A DNA stretch of 63,852 nucleotides, filler included, from Aduncisulcus paluster (Eukaryota): the NCBI GenBank assembly GCA_024181965.1. It is 7 parts of 7 records of this genome, joined end to end, with 100 filler letters (N's around TTAATTAATTAA, not from the genome) between each part and the next. Parts side by side here need not be neighbours in the genome. Positions count along the whole stretch, not along the records: positions 54,947 to 61,104 come from BQXS01009698.1; positions 61,205 to 63,852 come from BQXS01009738.1; 5 more parts are not named here. One strand, written 5' to 3'. Every line of letters starts with the position of its first letter. Position 1 is the first letter of the stretch. Made by a program: the position numbers and the translations under genes. Under the pieces are notes generated by a model that did not search any database, had not been told where the DNA came from, and saw nothing but the letters and a program-made list of their open reading frames with translations. Shown here in pieces: positions 57,631 to 63,852 of this stretch.

Positions 57631-59655
57631 ATGTTATCTTCTTCTGTGTATCTGTCATGTTTCGGAGCCAAAGGATTTATTACAAAGAAAACCATTCAAT
57701 CTCAATTATTTTTCGATAGATATTTAAAGTCATTGGATATTCTCCCCAATATATCGTTCCATCATCCAATGATTCCAAGAGGAATTGTCACTCACCCTTT
57801 CTATCCCTTTTTAGCCTCATTTAGTTCTGAAGGTGTTGTTTGTGTGTATAATATCAGTGAATTATACTCTGACATATGGCTTAAACAGCAGCTTCACAAT
57901 TCTGGCCAGACTTCTAGTCAGTCTCAGTTGATTCCCTTTGCCATTGGACAAACTCACGAACGTGTGACGCGTTACCATGATATTTCGAAAGCGGCGTTCT
58001 TCCCAACGGACCCAGGCCTGATGTTTTTCTCTCTGAATAAGAATGTCCAGAGTGAGGTAATGCTTTGGGATGTTTCATCTCGAAAATCTATTGCGAGGTT
58101 CGAACGATCAACTTTGATAAATGACATATGTGTTCCGCCAACATACCATCCCTCGATTCCTCTATTTCCGTCCGTGTTTCAAACATGCGTATTCTCTGTT
58201 CACAATAGTAATTTCATTATGCAAGATATCCGTTCACATTCTTCCACCCTATCTTCTCCCGCGTGTGTCCATGAAAGGATGCAGTCAATGTGTATTCCAG
58301 CAAGCGGTCGCCCTTATATTGTGACTGGACACGCAGGTGGGAAAATATCTGTCTGGGACATGCGTTGTCTTTCTCAGGAATATTCACATTTACCGCCGGT
58401 GGAGCTATCGAGCCGAGCAAAATACCGAGCAAAATACCGAGCTAAACACCGTATGCTATTATCGACATCGTCACCGGATATTGGCAGACCATCCTTCTCG
58501 GCGTTAACGAAAGATGATGAGGATCATAAGGAAATGTATATTTTTAGAGTTAAACACCGAGATATTTTTGGATTATACAGTGAAGCTGTGCGAGATGATC
58601 TTATTCATGGAAATATTAAGGTTTCGTGGAGAGAGAAGAGTTGTTATCATGATTCATCATTGCCTCATGATTCAGAGAAAGAGAAAGAATCAAAAACGTA
58701 TATAAGTCATTGGAAAGAAGGAAGATCAACGAAAGATAGACCAATTCATGGAGGAAATAATACAAAAGGAAAAGGAAAAGGAAAAGGAAAAGGAAGAACT
58801 GTTAAACGATATGAAAAAAATGTTTCTCATGTTTCATTTGGGGATGATTTTGTTGCAATACCAACAAAGAAAAGGAAAAGGGCCAGGAAAGCTCAAAAAT
58901 CCCATGTTGTTCCGACTAAAAATAGATTAGTTCCGACTAAAAATAGATTAGTTCCGACTAAAAATAGATTAGACGAAGAATATGATACTGTAGAGACTGA
59001 CCATGCAACTTCTTCTTCTTCTTCAAAATTGATTCCTGTATATTCTCCCCTTTTTATGGCCAGTTTGACTGAAATGGCCATACGAACAAGTACAACGATG
59101 TGGTCACAGTGTCTACCGTCGTTCTACTCACACCGAGATCTCCTTGCATCAATTCGCCCTGCTCCCTCGTGTTCTCGGGTCAAACATCTTCGAGCTTGTC
59201 GCCCAATATCCGGTCGCAGTGATGTGTTTTGCAGTGTGGATGATTCTGGTATTGTAAGATTGTTCTCAGGTTGTCGCCCGATAAATCTATCTTCTGGAGT
59301 AGGTATTAAGAAGGCATGTAATGTCCTGAATACGGGCTGTCCAGTTGATTTTGATTGTGTGAATGGTTATTTTTGTATTAATGCCAAAGATTCCATTGAT
59401 ATTTATCATCTCGGTGAAGAATTGTTACATTCTCGAGGGTTTGTTGGATCCCTTCAACAAGAAGGTAAAAGACATCCTGGGAACTTATCTCTTCTTTCTC
59501 CTCTTTTTGGAAATTCTTGGGAAATTCCCATGAAACAAATTGGCCAAGTTCCGAATGGAATTGAATGCGTTCCCAATTTACATCCTTCTCAATATTGTTC
59601 CATTTTCTCAATAATTGGACATCGAATACAAACAATCGGAAAACCAAATAATTAA
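57631..59655 (+). CDS. Divergent WD40-like protein with basic low-complexity insert
   Basis: WD-like blades (HPFYPFLASFSSEGVVCVYN, VMLWD, IVTGHAGGKISVWDMR, SVDDSGIVRLF); internal AKYR, KG and VPTKNRL repeats. Confidence 0.6.
   Translation: MLSSSVYLSCFGAKGFITKKTIQSQLFFDRYLKSLDILPNISFHHPMIPRGIVTHPFYPFLASFSSEGVVCVYNISELYSDIWLKQQLHNSGQTSSQSQLIPFAIGQTHERVTRYHDISKAAFFPTDPGLMFFSLNKNVQSEVMLWDVSSRKSIARFERSTLINDICVPPTYHPSIPLFPSVFQTCVFSVHNSNFIMQDIRSHSSTLSSPACVHERMQSMCIPASGRPYIVTGHAGGKISVWDMRCLSQEYSHLPPVELSSRAKYRAKYRAKHRMLLSTSSPDIGRPSFSALTKDDEDHKEMYIFRVKHRDIFGLYSEAVRDDLIHGNIKVSWREKSCYHDSSLPHDSEKEKESKTYISHWKEGRSTKDRPIHGGNNTKGKGKGKGKGRTVKRYEKNVSHVSFGDDFVAIPTKKRKRARKAQKSHVVPTKNRLVPTKNRLVPTKNRLDEEYDTVETDHATSSSSSKLIPVYSPLFMASLTEMAIRTSTTMWSQCLPSFYSHRDLLASIRPAPSCSRVKHLRACRPISGRSDVFCSVDDSGIVRLFSGCRPINLSSGVGIKKACNVLNTGCPVDFDCVNGYFCINAKDSIDIYHLGEELLHSRGFVGSLQQEGKRHPGNLSLLSPLFGNSWEIPMKQIGQVPNGIECVPNLHPSQYCSIFSIIGHRIQTIGKPNN
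58909..58971 (+). repeat. Perfect 21-bp x3 coding tandem repeat (VPTKNRL)
   Basis: gttccgactaaaaatagatta three times. Confidence 0.95.
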
Positions 59656-59904
59656 TTGGATACAATATTGTTAATTTATTTATTTTATTTATTTATTTTA
59701 TTTATTTATTTTATTTATTTATTTTATTTATTTATTTTCTTTCAGATCCTATTATTTACCCTTTTCTTTTATTGCTATTCCTCTCATTACTTGCGTGGCA
59801 TGGAGTCTTTACCAAGCAGTCTGTTCTGTTTCTCCCTTTCTTTCTTTTTCTCTACAGACAATTCCTTGTCTAAAGCCTTCATACGGCCAGGAATCCATTG
59901 CTGA

Positions 59905-60356
59905 TCACGCTCACAAGTTGCAAAAAAGACAAATAATCAGTATGATCCGAAAGGCAGGGAAATTGTTAAGAAAACTTTTAGGGTTATTTCGGAAGGAGAC
60001 CCTAAAACATATAAAACCTGTAAAATACGTGACGAAGTTGAGTTTACTGTGTTGTTTTCAATCCTAAGCGCAAAGACTTGCCTCTTATCCACCTTAAGAA
60101 AAGACACTGTAGTGCTATCATCACCAGCCTCGAAAGTACTTACACATTATTTCATGAGTTATTTGATAAAGCATTTATGGGTGCTCATGTGGGGAAAAAG
60201 GTTGGTTTTTCATTGCCATACGAATATATTAACGACGAATGCCGAGTTGCCCCATCCAACTTTTTTGTCGACGGTGTTAGAGTTGCAGGGCCTGGAGATC
60301 GTATCTGCTATGTTTTCACTATCACGCTCACAAGAGATGGATATTATCTCAAATAA
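59905..60356 (+). pseudogene. Degenerate FKBP-type PPIase-like sequence
   Basis: VISEGDPKTYKTCKIRDEVE (frame 1), then VYCVVF...ELFDKAFMGAHVGKKVGFSLPYEY...GPGDRICYVFTI (frame 3), follows the FKBP order of motifs. Frameshift near 60040 and an upstream TGA at 59902. Confidence 0.4.
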
Positions 60357-61204
60357 TATGTTCTTAAGTAGGTTTTGAGTTAACCCTAATACTATTAGGC
60401 TAATAGTATATTAGAAGCTTATCCAGGCCGCCTTGATCTTGCTGAGCAGCTTGCTATTAATATATTGAATACTATTCAGTCATAGTATGACTCATAGTAT
60501 GACCCCACCAGATAAATTGGATACAATATTGTTTATTTTTTTTTTCTTCTTCTTTTATCTTAGTAAATCATCACGCATGGCTTCAGTTGTTAAGTTAGTA
60601 ACCGGCAATTACCGGCAACCAACCGGAAGATTTCAATTAATATCAAATAATTTGCTAATCATCCTTTATAGGATCAATATCAGAACTCACGCGATGGAGA
60701 GGATAATGCCAGGTATATGGGAGAGACACACGCAACACAGCAAGTTATTGACAGGATAAAACACAACATGGGACAATGGGACATCTTTCGCAGGGCTGGA
60801 TACGAGACATGGAGACAGTGTGAGCGTCACCTTCTTCTTCCGTCTACATCTATGTGTTCTTGTTCACACCTATGTGTCCAACTATCTTCCAAACTCCGCT
60901 AGGAGAAAAATAAAGCGTTATTTAGGTTCTTAGAGCAAGGGATCCCTTACGGACGAACAAAAATAAAAATAAAAATAAATTAAGACCATAAAAAACTCCT
61001 ATCCATTTGGCTTTTCTCGATGAATCGGGTTTTTTCGAATTCACGCTTATCGCCGGGACCTTTCACGGAAGCTACTAACACCATAGACATCTATTGTGTT
61101 TGGTNNNNNNNNNNNNNNNNNNNNNNNNNNNNNNNNNNNNNNNNNNNNTTAATTAATTAANNNNNNNNNNNNNNNNNNNNNNNNNNNNNNNNNNNNNNNN
61201 NNNN

Positions 61205-61683
61205 CTCGCTCGGATCAACGCCAATTCCTCCTTCTCAGTTGCTTCAACCTCCTTCCGCTTTCCTTCAACGACAAATTTCATGAAGGCCTTAACTCGGTCT
61301 TTGATATCTTTTTCTGAATCTCCCCCAAAGTGTTTTTGCAGTTTCTGCATCAGCCATTCAGCGCCTCCTCCTAAACCTTTGATTGCATCAAGCCACGCGT
61401 TCAAAACACCTTTCCCAAAAACCATCAGGGAATCATCAATGTATTCATCTTCTTCCTCACGTATAGGGACCCCTTGAGTATCTATCGGTTGTGTATCCGT
61501 CGTTTCCCAGCCAATATATGTTTTTAGATCCGTCTCCGTGAAAATGAAAGATTCCTTTGAGTAAAACTTCTCATAACTCTGTTTTAATAATTGTAATAAA
61601 ATAATAAAAGTGATATTAAAAAGTCCTTGTAAAATTGAGGACGGCAGCTCGCTGTCTGCTTCGATTTCCCCTATCCACGTCAT
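61205..61683 (-). CDS. Hypothetical protein fragment (3'-partial)
   Basis: Open frame of ~160 codons running to the scaffold edge; no family recognised. Confidence 0.4.
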
Positions 61684-61930
61684 CGACGATTTACGTTCGG
61701 CGAAAAATACCTCTTTTCTCTACTTGACCTTAAAATATCGTGTAGTCCCTTTTTGCACTTTGCAAGGTGCCACACACACAAGCATCTATCAGGATTTAGA
61801 TTACCGATATAATGTTGCTGCCGTTCACAAATTCCACAATGAAGGTACAACACCGATTTAAATAAATCGTTATAACTGATCTAATGTTGGGGTTTGTCGC
61901 TGTCGTTGCTGTGAACTTATGGATTAAAAA

Positions 61931-62004
61931 TAGAGGACCCGGGGATTGAACCCGGCACCTTCACGATGTTAGCGTGACGTCATAACCATCTAGACCAGCC
62001 CTCC
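61931..62004 (-). tRNA. tRNA-Val(AAC)
   Basis: Cloverleaf: acceptor GGAGGGC/GTCCTCT, D-stem GTC/GAC, anticodon arm TCACG-CTAACAT-CGTGA, T-arm CCGGG-TTCAATC-CCCGG, followed directly by a T5 Pol III terminator (61926-61930). Confidence 0.97.
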
Positions 62005-62540
62005 GATGAAAAATTTTCTTAAGAAATGCTATCATAAAATAGATTATCAAAAATTCAAATCCCTCTCTTCTTCATCATATAATCACTCTTCAAACACAAT
62101 TCAGCTGTTTTCGGAAGTTTACTGATGACAAACAGGTTGGCATTTCTATAAATAGATGTTCTAAAAATAGAATTGTGTTTTCAAAGATTGGTTCTAAAGT
62201 GGTGTTTTGAACGTCTTTGGTGGGTATTTTATCTGAATGAGGGAGATATGGTTTGTAAAGAATTTGAAGGTTTAATTTATCATCCGCACTATCATCGAAT
62301 TTCATCATCAGAGTTTAGTGAAGATCTCTCTCGAACAGGAGACATCACACAATATGCTGAGATGTTGAAAGCATCATGACATGATGATCATGTAACAGCT
62401 CTCCTCTGACAGAAATACAACAGATAAAACACAGTAAACACTTTTACACAATTTATTCTTTCAATACGCCTTCCAAAAATCTCAGAAATATGAGTACGAC
62501 CCACCATATCTCCTCGCACTTTGTGGTCTCGAAGAAGATG

Positions 62541-63852
62541 TCAACAAGGAATATGAAGAGGAACGTTGCCGAGGTGCAGATACAGTGCAATGCCTTCAGT
62601 ATCAGATGAGGCAAGAATACCATGGTTTGTGGATAACGAGAGAAGTTCAGAACCATGCATCGTCGTATTTAGCAGAGGAGTATTATATGAGCGATATTCA
62701 TGGAGAGGATACACATCTGGCTCAAAAGAAACAACAGTACCATCATCATTTCCACAGAACATTAAGGAACCTCGCCCACCAACCGCAACACATCGAGAGG
62801 TTACGTTGCTTGTTCCTATCGAAAAAGTGGCTCGACGAATACCATCATGTTTTGCAGTTTCAAAGAATCCATTAGGATCCATTCTCTTCGACATTTCTGA
62901 GTGTGATTCGCGATCAGAATCAGATTCATCAAGAGCAATCTCATATTTTGCTCCCTTCAAATGTTTTGAACCATGGATTTGGGAAGATTGTTTAGAATGC
63001 TGAATAAGGTCTGGATGTGAGTCCAATTCAGAAGCATTCGATCCCATCACACGATCCTTTCTAGATCTCATTCTAATTTTATCCTCACATACCAACGGTC
63101 GAAACCATTTCAACATCAATATTTGTGCGGCAGAAGGACGATTCTCGGGTCTTTCGTCCATACATTGTTTGCATATTCCTTCCACTTCAGCTGGCATGCA
63201 TCCTCCTTCCCACTCAGAGAATACACATTGCAGCAACACTCCGAACGAGAACACATCGCTGGAAGGTGTTGGATGAGGTGAGACTCGATCTTTGATGGCC
63301 TGATCGATCTCTGGAGCCATGTACATTTGAGTTCCTATCTTCATCGTTGGACTGATCAAACGCATTGTACGTTCACTACAATCGACGGCACCTTCAAAGT
63401 CACACAAGATACCATTGCCATCATCATCAATCAGGATATTCTGGAGCTTCAAGTCGCAATGGACAATGTTATGCGAGTGAAGGAATGCGAGGGCTCGAAG
63501 AACACACCTCAAGACATGATGAAGTTGACTGATTGTAGGGTTAGCATGCTCGATCCATTGCAACATGTCTCCTTGGGGGAAGAATGGAAAGACAAGATAT
63601 GCACCGTATTTATCAGAGTCCTTCGCATGAACATCGAGGAATGAACACAAGAGAGGCACAATGAAGGGACATTGTCCGATAAGACGAGGAGAAAGAGCGG
63701 ATCTCATCAAAACTTGATATTGGGACACGGACAAGGGGGACAGCTCAGAAGATGCGGATGATCCAGCTGGAAGGTGGAAGAATTTAAGAACGACTTTCAT
63801 CGATAAGTCTTCTCCATCCTCAGAAATATTCCTCCAATCCCCAACAAACACA
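62541..63852 (-). CDS. Protein kinase domain followed by WD40-like blades (5'-partial)
   Basis: VVLK, HCDLKLQNILI, CDFE (DFG variant), GTQMYMAPE, DVFSFG; then CVAV..MFCGNDDGTV and ILASSDTEG. Confidence 0.85.
   Translation of the reverse strand, partial: VFVGDWRNISEDGEDLSMKVVLKFFHLPAGSSASSELSPLSVSQYQVLMRSALSPRLIGQCPFIVPLLCSFLDVHAKDSDKYGAYLVFPFFPQGDMLQWIEHANPTISQLHHVLRCVLRALAFLHSHNIVHCDLKLQNILIDDDGNGILCDFEGAVDCSERTMRLISPTMKIGTQMYMAPEIDQAIKDRVSPHPTPSSDVFSFGVLLQCVFSEWEGGCMPAEVEGICKQCMDERPENRPSAAQILMLKWFRPLVCEDKIRMRSRKDRVMGSNASELDSHPDLIQHSKQSSQIHGSKHLKGAKYEIALDESDSDRESHSEMSKRMDPNGFFETAKHDGIRRATFSIGTSNVTSRCVAVGGRGSLMFCGNDDGTVVSFEPDVYPLHEYRSYNTPLLNTTMHGSELLSLSTNHGILASSDTEGIALYLHLGNVPLHIPC

Noticed and set aside
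59899-59904. TGC-TGA as a Cys-Sec motif
   Set aside because: No selenoprotein-like context or SECIS seen, and the region also has a frameshift, so decay is the simpler explanation.

Overview
Eukaryotic, gene-dense, intron-poor protist DNA read in the standard genetic code (TAA, TAG and TGA all end genes; 1200-1700 aa ORFs contain no in-frame stops). GTATGT splice donors and an expanded lineage-specific repeat-domain family suggest a fornicate metamonad, possibly Aduncisulcus-like; this is inference from recall, not a search result. The window is not contiguous. It joins seven scaffolds with artificial 100-nt N44-TTAATTAATTAA-N44 linkers, and five 20-N gaps carry duplicated flanks that split real genes. 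Recognisable genes are an RRM protein, RPC25, eL18, DPH1, a kinase-ARM protein, a TRIC-like channel, eL29, glycogen phosphorylase, an LRR protein, RBBP4/MSI1, Sec24, a kinesin-ankyrin fusion, a BPI/LBP-like protein, an ABCA transporter, AP-2 mu, a kinase-WD40 protein and tRNA-Val(AAC). The most notable observations: (1) an uncharacterised ~170-200 aa domain at three loci, encoded one domain per symmetric phase-0 exon, plus an intronless paralog; (2) a 3-nt microexon and a start codon split by an intron; (3) a compact three-repeat mitochondrial-carrier-like protein; (4) RBBP4 with a coiled-coil/(TPK)n insert; (5) an A-tailed segment with a 19-bp flanking direct repeat carrying an FKBP-like remnant; (6) chains of overlapping palindromes just 3' of several stop codons.
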